The notes under the pieces are model-generated. The model did not search any database, was not told where the DNA came from, and worked only from the letters and a program-made list of their open reading frames with translations. This document shows, one piece after another, positions 1 to 9,346 of a stretch of 32,000 bases of DNA. The translations under genes were made by a program, and so were the position numbers. This DNA is from Synechococcus sp. A15-24 (lineage in GTDB: Bacteria > Cyanobacteriota > Cyanobacteriia > PCC-6307 > Cyanobiaceae), in NCBI RefSeq assembly GCF_014280195.1, contig NZ_CP047960.1:90001-122000 (forward strand), given 5' to 3'. The stretch's first letter is position 1; the number at the start of each line of letters is the position of its first letter.

Positions 1-1493
1 TTATCGATGAGAGTATCCAATATATTCTTTATTGCGTTGAGAGTTTCCTGTTGATTATTACAGCGAATTCCTAATTTACCCTCTTCAACTAGCTTATGCC
101 ACGACTCTGATAAAAAAACTTTGCCATCCCTCCTTGTTGTCAGTTTTATGTATTCGATTACTTTCGGTATATTAATACTTACGCTGCTCCCAAGGTTCCC
201 TATGAAGCTTGACATTATTGTATTTAAATATATTGATGGTTTTTCTGAAAAAGTAGATGCAATATGACTCGATCCTCCTGATCCACCTATGCAAAATTCT
301 GCAACTCTAGATAGTGATGTTTGAATTTTATCGTAGATAAGGTCATTACTTCCAAACTTACTTATATCTTCATCAATGAAATTGTTTGCTGTATTCATGT
401 ATCTTTTTCCAAATCTTACTAAATAACAATTTTTACTTTTCAAGTATTCAAGCATCAGACTCAGATTATCTTCATTTCCATTTCTTAGGCTATTAATATT
501 ATTGTGCATATCTTCCTTATATCCACTGTCTCGATATGAGATTGCCACAATTATCATGTCTTTTTCGATTGCCTTTAGCGTATTTGGAATATACTCTTTA
601 AGAATATTATTTGCTTCATTATCAAGCGAGTAGTTAATTGATTTATTCCCAAACTCGATCGGTTTGGAGAGATCTATCTTTTTTTTAAAGAGTAATGTTG
701 AGTTTTTATTTCTCAGCTCTTTTTGATATTGCAAGTAATAAGAATGTATGTTAAAGGGTATATATTCTGCCAAATCTTTAGCGAATGTCCAATCGTCATC
801 TTTGTCTAAAGTTTTATATTGTAGATTATAGGCATCATACATTTTTTGAAGCATATATGGGAACGGTTTGAACTTACTGAATCCATATAATACAGGTTTA
901 GCATATTCTTTGCTCTTTGGCATTTCACTCCGCAAATGAAGAATCTCCAAAAACTGTGTCATATTTGCAGGATTTAATATCATGTCTGGAGCATATATTC
1001 CTTTTGAAATAGCCCTTGTGATTTTTTCTTCGTAGTCTAGTAAATGTCTGTATCTCTTTTCATGATGTTGTGGCCATGTAAAATCACTCTTTTTAATCCA
1101 TGTGGTGTGTAGGAAGTATTTTATCTGTAAACTGTCATTTTTGCGAAAGAATATCGATTCCGTTTTTTCCTTCACTTGATCCAATTCCCAGTGCAATAGG
1201 CAAGCTGACACCGATGGGTATTCTTCAGTTAATTTTTCAATTGCATCTTTTGATATTTGGGCTCGATTAAGTGAGTAGTGTTTTTCGAATCCATGAACTA
1301 GCATCTTTATTAATTTTACGATCCACTCATGTTGTCGTTTTAGTTTGTCATCTTTTTCACTGAATTGATGTTTTCCCCAATAATATATTGAATCTTCAAC
1401 CAAGTCTCTCTTTATATCATTACACAGTGTGCACACTAACTCAAAATGAAAATACTGTGTATTTCTTTTATGTGCAGACAACATGTAGCTCAT
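1..1493 (-). CDS. hypothetical protein, possible glycosyltransferase (partial; 3' end lies beyond the left window edge)
   Basis: I hand-translated the minus-strand frame. It starts at ATG 1493-1491 (MSYMLSAHKRNTQYFHFELVC...) and has no in-frame stop down to position 3, so it is open-ended and absent from the supplied track. It is K/E/N-rich. The C-terminal segment ...AEFCIGGSGGSSHIASTFSEKPSIYLN... resembles the C-terminal part of O-antigen-cluster glycosyltransferases (TIGR04372-like; recalled from memory, unverified). Confidence 0.6.
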   Translation of the reverse strand, partial: MSYMLSAHKRNTQYFHFELVCTLCNDIKRDLVEDSIYYWGKHQFSEKDDKLKRQHEWIVKLIKMLVHGFEKHYSLNRAQISKDAIEKLTEEYPSVSACLLHWELDQVKEKTESIFFRKNDSLQIKYFLHTTWIKKSDFTWPQHHEKRYRHLLDYEEKITRAISKGIYAPDMILNPANMTQFLEILHLRSEMPKSKEYAKPVLYGFSKFKPFPYMLQKMYDAYNLQYKTLDKDDDWTFAKDLAEYIPFNIHSYYLQYQKELRNKNSTLLFKKKIDLSKPIEFGNKSINYSLDNEANNILKEYIPNTLKAIEKDMIIVAISYRDSGYKEDMHNNINSLRNGNEDNLSLMLEYLKSKNCYLVRFGKRYMNTANNFIDEDISKFGSNDLIYDKIQTSLSRVAEFCIGGSGGSSHIASTFSEKPSIYLNTIMSSFIGNLGSSVSINIPKVIEYIKLTTRRDGKVFLSESWHKLVEEGKLGIRCNNQQETLNAIKNILDTLID

Positions 1494-1544
1494 GGCTTTC
1501 TTCTTCTATGATAGAATTATATTAACATAAATCTCATCTGCGTT

Positions 1545-2282
1545 ATGCTTGGTGACTGCAGCTCCTATCAAAATAAAGGTTTTTTGGTTGAATTGAATGC
1601 GCTCTCTAGCCATGAGTTAGATATTATACAACGATTTATTGTACTTAATATTCAATCATTATTTAAAGAGTGTGCTGTACCGTATGAATCTCCACTTGAA
1701 TGGCCAAGTCTTATCAATCCCTCTAACCGAAAGTATTGGTTCCACAACCACATTTCTTCTAAGAGTGTACGACGATTCACGGCTGAGCAGGTTTCCAAAA
1801 TTCTTAAATTTACCATTTTTTCTAGACTTCGTGAGCTTCTCGGTGAATTTGTTGTCTCAGATGAGGAGTTAATTGGTTATCCCGATGTCTATTGGAGATT
1901 TGTACGACCTTACGAAGAAGGTGATATTGGCCCACTTCACTGCGATTCGTGGTTTTGGGATTTAAATCCTTCATGGAATCATAACTCAGACTTTAAAAAG
2001 CGTACAAAAGTATGGATAGCTATCCTTGCTGAAGTAAACCAAAATGGTTTAGTAGTTTTCCCTGGTTCTCATAATGGTCACACATTTTCATATAAAGTTA
2101 TTTCTTCTGAAAATAAGCTAAAGCCGACAATAGTTAGTCCGCCTTCAATGTCTTCTTCGTTTTTGGTTCCCACTAATTCTACTGATGCCATCATATTCCA
2201 TGATAAATTATTACATGGTGGTTCCCTAAATAAAGGCTCTTCCCCGCGTCTCAGCTTTGAATTTACTTGTCTTCATAATTAA
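1545..2282 (+). CDS. Fe(II)/2-oxoglutarate dioxygenase, PhyH (phytanoyl-CoA dioxygenase)-like
   Basis: 245-aa ORF with an ATG start. It has an HxD motif (GPLHCDSWFW), FPGSHNG, and a distal His (LLHGGSLN), as in PhyH-family facial triads. It is the first gene of the plus-strand operon, 51 nt from the divergent gene. Confidence 0.6.
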   Translation: MLGDCSSYQNKGFLVELNALSSHELDIIQRFIVLNIQSLFKECAVPYESPLEWPSLINPSNRKYWFHNHISSKSVRRFTAEQVSKILKFTIFSRLRELLGEFVVSDEELIGYPDVYWRFVRPYEEGDIGPLHCDSWFWDLNPSWNHNSDFKKRTKVWIAILAEVNQNGLVVFPGSHNGHTFSYKVISSENKLKPTIVSPPSMSSSFLVPTNSTDAIIFHDKLLHGGSLNKGSSPRLSFEFTCLHN

Positions 2283-2284
2283 TT

Positions 2285-3010
2285 ATGATCTTTATTAAAC
2301 CTCTTGCCTCATCTAAAATTCTAAATGTCTTAGATACCGCACTCTGCGATGTTATTTCTGACCACTTGTCTTTAGACTTTTACCCTCATGACCTTAGTGT
2401 TCTTCATCAATATGTCGATAAGTATGAATTAAATGCTTTACGCCTTAAGTGTTTTGAGGCGACTAATAATATCAATTGGGATAGTTTGCTGCGTGATGCA
2501 TGTTTCAGTGTTTTATCTTCTGCATTAGGTCCAGACCTTCTTATTCAGAAAAAGCTGAACTTATCGATCCATATGCCTGGGGATGATCTATCCACCTTGG
2601 CAGCCCATACAGACTGTTCTAGTGGCGATAGCCCCTTCGAGCTTGTCCTTTGGCTGCCTCTGACGAATGCCTTCGATACAAACAGTATGTTTATATGTAA
2701 CAGAGTAGAATCGTCTCGCTTTTATGAAGCCGTTTTGAATGGGCTTAGGCACAATGTCGACCTCTCTAATTCGACGTATATATCTATCAATAGAGGTTAT
2801 TTTCTTGTTTTTCCACCTACTTTGATTCACGGTAATTCTATTAACAGTACAGATTCAACTCGTATTTCAGTTAATATTAGAGTCAAATCTGTTTATTCGC
2901 CTTATTCAAAATCCTTGGTCGGTGACAGGATGTTTGGTTCTTATTATAAAGAGTGGAATATTACTGAACATCACTCTTGGAATTATCATGTCTATAATAT
3001 ATTCAAATGA
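2285..3010 (+). CDS. Fe(II)/2OG oxygenase of the 'sporadic carbohydrate cluster' type; paralog of 20260..21078
   Basis: Motifs AAHTDCSSGDSPFELVLWLPLTN...TNSM and FPPTLIHGNSIN...RISVNIRVK align with LPIHADTWNGVSPFELNIWIPLVN..TNSM and FDQSLPHGYSLN...HWSINCRFK in the 20260..21078 ORF. This gives an HxD...H triad plus an Arg. Confidence 0.6.
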   Translation: MIFIKPLASSKILNVLDTALCDVISDHLSLDFYPHDLSVLHQYVDKYELNALRLKCFEATNNINWDSLLRDACFSVLSSALGPDLLIQKKLNLSIHMPGDDLSTLAAHTDCSSGDSPFELVLWLPLTNAFDTNSMFICNRVESSRFYEAVLNGLRHNVDLSNSTYISINRGYFLVFPPTLIHGNSINSTDSTRISVNIRVKSVYSPYSKSLVGDRMFGSYYKEWNITEHHSWNYHVYNIFK

Positions 3011-3414
3011 CTTTTACTTATACACATTCTCGTCCCTTTGGACGCTACTGTATACCTATCTCTATTCAAAGCCTCTATTTACGTAATTATTGTGTATCCT
3101 GCTCTTTGCCATTTACACTACCACAAACCGAAAATCCTGTGTTTGGATCATATTCAGTTCTATTAAACACCATTTCATCCGCTAACTTGTCTAATAGATC
3201 CTCTATTAACCTAGTTTCTTCTTCTATTTACATTTTTGACCAACTAATAGATAATGCTACTACTATACCGGAGCTTAATTTATATGATATTGTTTACCAT
3301 TGCCCTCTTGAGCGCTTTGTCGGCACTCTAGATCAACTAATCGAACTGTTGCACTCCTGTCGAGCGTACGATCGCTTGGCTCTTGATTCACCTTTAAATG
3401 ATGACCAATTGTAA
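3007..3414 (+). CDS. small uncharacterized carbohydrate-cluster protein (LIC12192/TIGR04323-like from memory); paralog of 19802..20248
   Basis: ATGA start/stop overlap with the upstream gene. The N-terminus YTHSRPFGRYCIPISIQSLYLRNYCVSCSLPFTLPQTE aligns with GYIASGEFNGHRVPQHIQNQIVKTYCDANNLKFVLSRAEY. It holds the same position immediately after the oxygenase in both clusters. It has zero Lys in 135 aa. Confidence 0.5.
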   Translation: MTFTYTHSRPFGRYCIPISIQSLYLRNYCVSCSLPFTLPQTENPVFGSYSVLLNTISSANLSNRSSINLVSSSIYIFDQLIDNATTIPELNLYDIVYHCPLERFVGTLDQLIELLHSCRAYDRLALDSPLNDDQL

Positions 3415-4519
3415 CTTTTGTGGAGCTCCAGTATTCTTGGAGCTCTCTAATCCTTCTTATTATACTACTGCTTTTTCTAAGCAATCATCTTCATCATTTA
3501 TAAGTCAATCTGTTCAATGCAATGGTTGTGGCGTTAATATACTTGCTAATGATAGCCCTTATTCCTTGCTTGGCAATTTATGCCGTGATTTAAAATATAA
3601 TGAACCAACTTCTCATTATTTTCAGCTAATAACTGATCTTAATGTATCCCTTACTCCTGAAAATCGAATTACAATATATAGATGTTCGCCTAAAGATGAT
3701 TATCTAGCACAATCTCTGTTCAACCATCATCCTTCCAAGTATGTTATCTTTCCCGAATATTTAAATTTGCATGAGTTAAACAATATTGCCGTAGATGCTA
3801 ATTCTCTTTTTCTATGTATTCGCTATATTGAGCACGTTAATTCTTATGACTACCTCCAGAAACTATTTACTGCTATACATGATTCCGATTCCTTTATATA
3901 TTTCGAAATTCTTGACTTTCAATCGCTTATTAATGCAGGTGACTACTCTTTCATTTGGAATGAACGTGTTTCTTACCCTACTCAACCCCAAATTAAAAGC
4001 CTCTTGTCGACGAATGGTTTCGCCTGTTCTACTTTTCAATTTTCATCCTCACAAGCTGTAGAACCCTTCCTTTCTTTCTTTGCTCGCCCTCTAGATACGA
4101 GATCGTGGGAAATCAATAGTGCTCTTCCACCATCACCAATTGCTTCTACATTTTCTCTCTCTAATTGTGAAAGCATTATTATTCAAAGACTCAAGTACTC
4201 ACTTTCTCAAGTTCAAAGCATTAGTTTTTACGGTGTTGGAAATAAGTCAATGCAATTATCTCTTTATATAAATCAGTATTTACCTTCTATACGTCTTGAA
4301 TTTTTCGATGGTACTGCTTTGAAAGTTGGTTCGAAATGGCTTACTAGCACTGTTAAGCACTTTGATAGTGATTTTTGTCAATCTGATCTTTATATTTTTT
4401 CTTTTGATAATAGTTATTCGAAGCAGCTTCAAAGCACTATTCTTTTTGAGCATCCGTCTGCTAGTATTAAGTTCATAAGTAAATTCTTTTCAATACCAGA
4501 ATATGAAAAAAATTGCTGA
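3398..4519 (+). CDS. Zn-ribbon / C-methyltransferase-like protein with a degenerate SAM-binding motif
   Basis: It has an N-terminal CxxC...CxxC (CNFCGAP...CNGCG) like 5005..6246. The central and C-terminal segments parallel that paralog (LFLCIRYIEHV.. vs NVFAHNDNL..; ISFYGVGNKS vs FVGYGAARS). No clear DxGxxxG SAM loop is present. Confidence 0.45.
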   Translation: MMTNCNFCGAPVFLELSNPSYYTTAFSKQSSSSFISQSVQCNGCGVNILANDSPYSLLGNLCRDLKYNEPTSHYFQLITDLNVSLTPENRITIYRCSPKDDYLAQSLFNHHPSKYVIFPEYLNLHELNNIAVDANSLFLCIRYIEHVNSYDYLQKLFTAIHDSDSFIYFEILDFQSLINAGDYSFIWNERVSYPTQPQIKSLLSTNGFACSTFQFSSSQAVEPFLSFFARPLDTRSWEINSALPPSPIASTFSLSNCESIIIQRLKYSLSQVQSISFYGVGNKSMQLSLYINQYLPSIRLEFFDGTALKVGSKWLTSTVKHFDSDFCQSDLYIFSFDNSYSKQLQSTILFEHPSASIKFISKFFSIPEYEKNC

Positions 4520-5030
4520 GGGTGTTTTCCATGTCACAGGACCTATTTTGTGTTTAACGGACGAAATGATTGATGCCCTGCTTGTCGAATGCTCCTCAGC
4601 CTCTAAAAAGCGCGCGAGGATAAATTTCCACCCTTCTAATAAATCTAATGTACAAGAAATGATTGTTGCACTTCATAAGTCTACTCAGATTGATCCACAT
4701 AGGCATCTCAACAAATCCGAAAGTTTTCACGTTATTCAAGGGGATGTATCCGTCGCAATCTTAAAAGAGGAGACCTTCGAGCCTGTTCAGCTAATTCATT
4801 TATCCGCTGGATCTTCACATTGTTATTATCGACTAAATGAACCTCTTTACCATTTAGTTGTTCCTATGACTGAATTTGTTGTTATGCATGAAACCACAGA
4901 GGGGCCTTTTATTCCTTCTAGTCATGATGATATTCATGGATTTGACTCCGACGCTCGTTTGCCTGTAGAATCAATAAAGATTCTTATTTGCCAAGATTAC
5001 AACAATGATTGCAAAGCGCACTCAATGTAG
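4503..5030 (+). CDS. WbuC-like cupin-fold protein
   Basis: The pattern SASKKRARINFHPSNKSNVQEMIVALHKSTQIDPHRH...FHVIQGDVSV matches what I recall for WbuC-family cupins of O-antigen clusters. It overlaps the upstream gene by 17 nt. Confidence 0.5.
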   Translation: MKKIAEGVFHVTGPILCLTDEMIDALLVECSSASKKRARINFHPSNKSNVQEMIVALHKSTQIDPHRHLNKSESFHVIQGDVSVAILKEETFEPVQLIHLSAGSSHCYYRLNEPLYHLVVPMTEFVVMHETTEGPFIPSSHDDIHGFDSDARLPVESIKILICQDYNNDCKAHSM

Positions 5031-6246
5031 ACTCTGTAATTCATCTGATCTTGTTGCCGAGGTTATTTTTCCACATACTCTCATTGCTGATAAATATTCA
5101 CCTGAAGCAAAAGCATCATCTCATCGTTATCCCCTTGATTTGTATAGATGTTCATCTTGTGGTCACATTCAAGTCCTAGATATTGTTGATTTGAGTGTCC
5201 TCTTTGATTCTGACTATACATATAAACCAAGTCGTAATCAAGGCCTAATACAGCACTTCAATAAGTACTCTGCATACGCCCTTGACCTTTTAGGCTATAA
5301 AACGTCTCAATGTCTTGATATAGGCTCAAATGATGGTTTATTTTTGTCCTGCATTAAGGAGCAATCAGCTGCAACTGTTCTCGGTATTGACCCAGCTTAT
5401 GCCGCAGTTTCATATGCACAGTCAAATGGTATACCGACTCTCCACGATTTTTTTAATGCTGAAAAATCTTTAGTTATTGGTGATAAGTATGGTCTATTTG
5501 ACATTGTCTCTGCTAATAATGTATTTGCGCATAATGATAATTTATCATCCTTCGCTCAAGGTGTTTCTAATCTCTTGCGAGAAAATGGCCTCTTCTGTTT
5601 CGAAGTCAGTTACCTTTATGACATTATTCATAAGACCCTCATTGGAACTCAATTCCATGAACATCTCTCCCATCACTCTCTTTCCTCTTTAATTCCTTTT
5701 CTCTTGCGGTTTAACCTTCACTTATTTGATGTACAGCGTGTCGATACTCAAGGTGGTGCAGTCATTTGTTACGCAAGAAAACTTTCATCAAGTTCACCTT
5801 CACCTTCTTTATCTCGTAACCTTACTGATCTGCTGCTTTTGGAAGATGAACTTGATATTACAGGTCCACGTGCAATGCAATTATTTCGTTCTAATATTAT
5901 TGCATACAAGAATAAATTTCATCAACTATTCAATGACGTTAAACAAAATAATTGCCGCTTTGTAGGTTATGGTGCCGCTCGTAGCCTCAATCTTTTCACT
6001 TCCTTCTTGCAAATAGAGAATCATCTTGATCTAATTTTTGAAGACAATCCTGAGAAGCAAGATAAATATCTTTTTGATACTGCTTGTAGAATTATGCCTT
6101 ATGATCCTTCGCTTATTACTGAATCTACTGTAATCATCCCCTTTGCCTGGGTGCATACTGATTCTATTGTCGAAAAGCTACGTTCTTCGTCTGTCAATTG
6201 TAAGGTTCTTACTTTATATCCATCGGTTCAACTCATTACACTCTGA
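5005..6246 (+). CDS. NDP-hexose C-methyltransferase family protein (Zn-ribbon + class I SAM MTase + C-terminal domain)
   Basis: CRLCNS...YPLDLYRCSSCGHIQ is a Zn-binding N-terminus. CLDIGSNDGLFL is a SAM loop. VGYGAARSLN is the C-terminal Rossmann-like domain. This architecture is typical of TylC3-type sugar C-methyltransferases. Confidence 0.65.
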   Translation: MIAKRTQCRLCNSSDLVAEVIFPHTLIADKYSPEAKASSHRYPLDLYRCSSCGHIQVLDIVDLSVLFDSDYTYKPSRNQGLIQHFNKYSAYALDLLGYKTSQCLDIGSNDGLFLSCIKEQSAATVLGIDPAYAAVSYAQSNGIPTLHDFFNAEKSLVIGDKYGLFDIVSANNVFAHNDNLSSFAQGVSNLLRENGLFCFEVSYLYDIIHKTLIGTQFHEHLSHHSLSSLIPFLLRFNLHLFDVQRVDTQGGAVICYARKLSSSSPSPSLSRNLTDLLLLEDELDITGPRAMQLFRSNIIAYKNKFHQLFNDVKQNNCRFVGYGAARSLNLFTSFLQIENHLDLIFEDNPEKQDKYLFDTACRIMPYDPSLITESTVIIPFAWVHTDSIVEKLRSSSVNCKVLTLYPSVQLITL

Positions 6247-6248
6247 CT

Positions 6249-7133
6249 ATGCACATCTTTATCACATCTGTTGGCTCTTACATCGGCTTATATCTTACCT
6301 CCCAGTTCTTGTCACAGGGACATTTGGTTACCGGAACATATCGTACTCTAAGTCCTACTCTCTCTGCTTTATCTCTTAATTCACGTCTTACACTTATACC
6401 ACTTGAGCATAGCTATGATTCTGCTTATCCAAACATAGAGGGTTCCTTCAACTTACTTATTAACTGTACAGGTGCTTATCCTGATGTGAATGTTTCTGCT
6501 GATGATGTCGTATATGCAAATATTAAATCTGCTTCTTTAATCCTATCTCTTTCAAAAACTTTAGTCGGAATTTCAATCATAAATCTTTCCTCTTTGTCTA
6601 TTTATGGAGATTTAAAAATTCCTCTAATTGACTCTCATACTAATCCTTCACCTTCAACTCCTTATGGATCTACAAAGCTTCTCTCTGAACAAATCCTCAA
6701 TCAATCTCATAATTTTTCCTCACTTGTTCATATCCGCCTTCCAGTTGTTTTAGGTGATGGCGCCCATCGCGCATGGCTGCCTTCTTTATTAAGTAAATTA
6801 TCTACTGGAGCTAGTGTTTCTGTCTATAACCCAGATTCTATTTATAATACATGTACAACTCTGCATGCTCTTAGCAAATTTATTTTAAAACTCTCTAGTC
6901 TTACAAGTCTTACTAATATACATCATGTCAATTTGTCTTCCATTGGTGACCTTTCTATTCGTGAGATAGTTCTATTATTAACCTCACGTCTGAATTCATC
7001 TTCTGATGTTTCTTTTTCTTCCTCTAGTACACCATGCTGTTATGTCAAACATGACGCCGCAGTTGAGCTTGGATTTATGCCTACATCTACTTCTCAAGCT
7101 ATTTCCTATTGGTTAGATGAATCACAACTTTAA
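6249..7133 (+). CDS. NAD-dependent epimerase/dehydratase (extended SDR), divergent
   Basis: It has a degenerate N-terminal Rossmann motif (IFITSVGSYIGLYL) and a YxxxK (PYGSTKLLSE). By hand count about 54 of 294 residues are Ser. Confidence 0.5.
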   Translation: MHIFITSVGSYIGLYLTSQFLSQGHLVTGTYRTLSPTLSALSLNSRLTLIPLEHSYDSAYPNIEGSFNLLINCTGAYPDVNVSADDVVYANIKSASLILSLSKTLVGISIINLSSLSIYGDLKIPLIDSHTNPSPSTPYGSTKLLSEQILNQSHNFSSLVHIRLPVVLGDGAHRAWLPSLLSKLSTGASVSVYNPDSIYNTCTTLHALSKFILKLSSLTSLTNIHHVNLSSIGDLSIREIVLLLTSRLNSSSDVSFSSSSTPCCYVKHDAAVELGFMPTSTSQAISYWLDESQL

Positions 7134-7533
7134 GTTTACACAAGAGTCTTTTCACCTCAAGCAAAAGTTTTCTTCTATTAATCAAGAAGTTGACTCTTTG
7201 TCTCGTAAATTTTTAGCACATAGAGCTTCTTCGATTTATTCTTCATCGACACTATTTCTTACTTCATGTATATGGTTTGATCAATGTCGCATTGGGTTAT
7301 TTTGTGTACACTCACTTCCCATAGGTGAATATCATGTTTTTGTCCTCCCACGTCTTGAATTTAGCTCCACTTACACATTTGAGACTCTTCTTTGGGCTAT
7401 CATCGACAATTTAACTGAAAACTATATTGTAGATTCTTCATGCAACATTATATTCCCCTTGGTCAATCCGTCCCAAGGTGATACTAATCTTTCTTTTTCT
7501 CTTAAGCTAAAGGACTTTATTCGTTATGTCTAG
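7117..7533 (+). CDS. hypothetical protein
   Basis: 138-aa ORF embedded in the operon, with a 17-nt overlap upstream and an 8-nt overlap downstream. I recognised no motif. Confidence 0.4.
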   Translation: MNHNFKFTQESFHLKQKFSSINQEVDSLSRKFLAHRASSIYSSSTLFLTSCIWFDQCRIGLFCVHSLPIGEYHVFVLPRLEFSSTYTFETLLWAIIDNLTENYIVDSSCNIIFPLVNPSQGDTNLSFSLKLKDFIRYV

Positions 7534-8152
7534 ATTTACTATTGTTGGTCCAACTTGGCGTACCTCTTATATCCAAGACAATTTTCCTTCACATCATACC
7601 CTTTTTTGTTCAACCGAAATTCCTGATATAAAGACCCTCGAGAACTCAGATTTTTTTATAACCTGTGGTTTCGATAGACGAATTAAGGAAGATGTGCTTT
7701 CTTTGTTTAATCCGTTGAATCGTCTTAATATTCATGCCACTTATTTGCCTTTCGGAAAGGGCATTGGCACTGCTTTATTTTCCCTACTCTATCCCACTCC
7801 ATTAGGTTCCTCAATTCATGTTCTTAGACCCAAGATCGATACTGGTGAAGTAATTTGCCAAGCTATTCTTAATCCACCTCCTAGCATTACTACTCAGCGT
7901 GAGTTATATCATTGCTGGGTAATACATGCATCACGCCTCTTTTTAGATAATATTGACGCGATTGCTGAACTACACCTTCCATTGCTTTCTCAATCTAACC
8001 AATTCAATACACCTTATATTTCACGTGATGAGTCTGAGCTGATCCTTTCACTTTTGCCCAAGCGCTGGGATTCTTCACTACGCGAAGTCAACAACTTATC
8101 GCATGTGCTAGCATTTAGATCTTCGTATTTTCTCCTTAATGATATCGACTGA
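7526..8152 (+). CDS. formyltransferase-family protein (sugar N-formyltransferase-like)
   Basis: DFFITCGFDRRIKEDVL...LNIHATYLPFGKG...GSSIHVLRPKIDTGEVICQ matches the Formyl_trans_N signature (N-x-H, LPxxRG-like, IDxGxII). It sits directly upstream of a DegT-type aminotransferase. Confidence 0.55.
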   Translation: MSRFTIVGPTWRTSYIQDNFPSHHTLFCSTEIPDIKTLENSDFFITCGFDRRIKEDVLSLFNPLNRLNIHATYLPFGKGIGTALFSLLYPTPLGSSIHVLRPKIDTGEVICQAILNPPPSITTQRELYHCWVIHASRLFLDNIDAIAELHLPLLSQSNQFNTPYISRDESELILSLLPKRWDSSLREVNNLSHVLAFRSSYFLLNDID

Positions 8153-9335
8153 TTTTAAATTAAAGTTGCCACCTAGGAATGCTTTAAGCAGGCATGAATT
8201 GTTATCCTTGTTCAATTGTTTCTTATATTATAGAAGAATAGGTCTTGATCCCGGATATGATGATTTCTTTGAAAATCAGTATACCTCGGCTTTTGCATCT
8301 TATATGGGTGGAGGTTATAGTGATGCAGTATCTTCAGGTTGTTCTTCTATCTATATTGCCCTTAAATCCTTATCTTTACCCTCTGGTTCACTAGTTGCTA
8401 CATCACCAGTAACCGACGCTAGCGTTATTGGGTGTCTTGTTTCGTTGGGCTTAGTCCCTTATCTTCTAGATTCAGATTATCAATCTTACAACACTGGTAT
8501 TCGACAATTAAAGGATCGATATATTCCAGCAATTAAGGCTCTTGTTTTAACCCACGCAGGTGGTGTTCCCTGCAAGGATACAGTGCAAATCTCAGAATTC
8601 TGTAAATCAAAAAATATTGTTCTGATTGAAGACTGTAGTCAAGCCATCGGAGCTATCCCTCAGGAATCTAACTTACGTGTAGGTAAATTCGGCCGCTTCG
8701 GTTGTTTTTCGACTATGTATAGAAAGAATCTTGCTGCTGGGGGTAGTAGCGGATTACTTTATTGTACTGACTATAAGGATTATCAGATAGCTAAGCAACA
8801 TGCCGATCGAGGAAAGCGTTGGTGGGACAAAACTTCGGTTGATTTACGTGATCCTGGTTTTGCTGACTTCCCTGGTCTTAATTTTAATTCGGATGAAATT
8901 AGGTGTAGTATTGGTCTTGCCAATCTTTCCCGTCTTCCATCAACTATTTCTAAAAGGAAGAAATTTTTATCGGATTTGATTTTCTTCCTTGACAAATACT
9001 CTGTCAAGCTTTTTTTTCCTAGCGAATTTCATTCCGGAATATCTCCCTTTTACTTTCCAATCTTTATAGATACTAGCCTCACTTCCACCCCCGTTCTGTC
9101 TATTTCACATGCTTTGAAGGATGATGGATTAGGAATTGGAGTAAAATATGGTTGCCTTGTTTCAACTTGGAAATGGGCTTCACAGTACATGTATGATAAA
9201 TTTCATGCTCCTAATGCATTAGCTGCACGGGACCAATGCTTCCATCTGTACCTTAATGAAAACTACACGCGTAGACACGCTAGACTCATAGCTAAGCGTT
9301 TATCCTTGTGGGAGCAATGCTATATTAGAAAATAA
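8139..9335 (+). CDS. DegT/DnrJ/EryC1/StrS-family PLP-dependent sugar aminotransferase/dehydratase
   Basis: EDCSQAIGA and FSTMYRKNLAAGGSSG (putative PLP-Lys) fit the family signature. Confidence 0.65.
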   Translation: MISTDFKLKLPPRNALSRHELLSLFNCFLYYRRIGLDPGYDDFFENQYTSAFASYMGGGYSDAVSSGCSSIYIALKSLSLPSGSLVATSPVTDASVIGCLVSLGLVPYLLDSDYQSYNTGIRQLKDRYIPAIKALVLTHAGGVPCKDTVQISEFCKSKNIVLIEDCSQAIGAIPQESNLRVGKFGRFGCFSTMYRKNLAAGGSSGLLYCTDYKDYQIAKQHADRGKRWWDKTSVDLRDPGFADFPGLNFNSDEIRCSIGLANLSRLPSTISKRKKFLSDLIFFLDKYSVKLFFPSEFHSGISPFYFPIFIDTSLTSTPVLSISHALKDDGLGIGVKYGCLVSTWKWASQYMYDKFHAPNALAARDQCFHLYLNENYTRRHARLIAKRLSLWEQCYIRK

Positions 9336-9346
9336 TTTTCAATGCT

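Noticed and set aside
4503-4519. An A7 run (atgaaaaaaattg, 4506-4512) in the 17-nt overlap between 3398..4519 and 4503..5030, considered as a programmed frameshift or slippage site that would fuse the two proteins.
   Set aside because: The downstream ORF is in the +1 frame, not the -1 frame usual for A_AAA_AAN sites. It has its own ATG, seven A's is short for transcriptional slippage, and no stimulatory structure was evident. Ordinary translational coupling explains the overlap.
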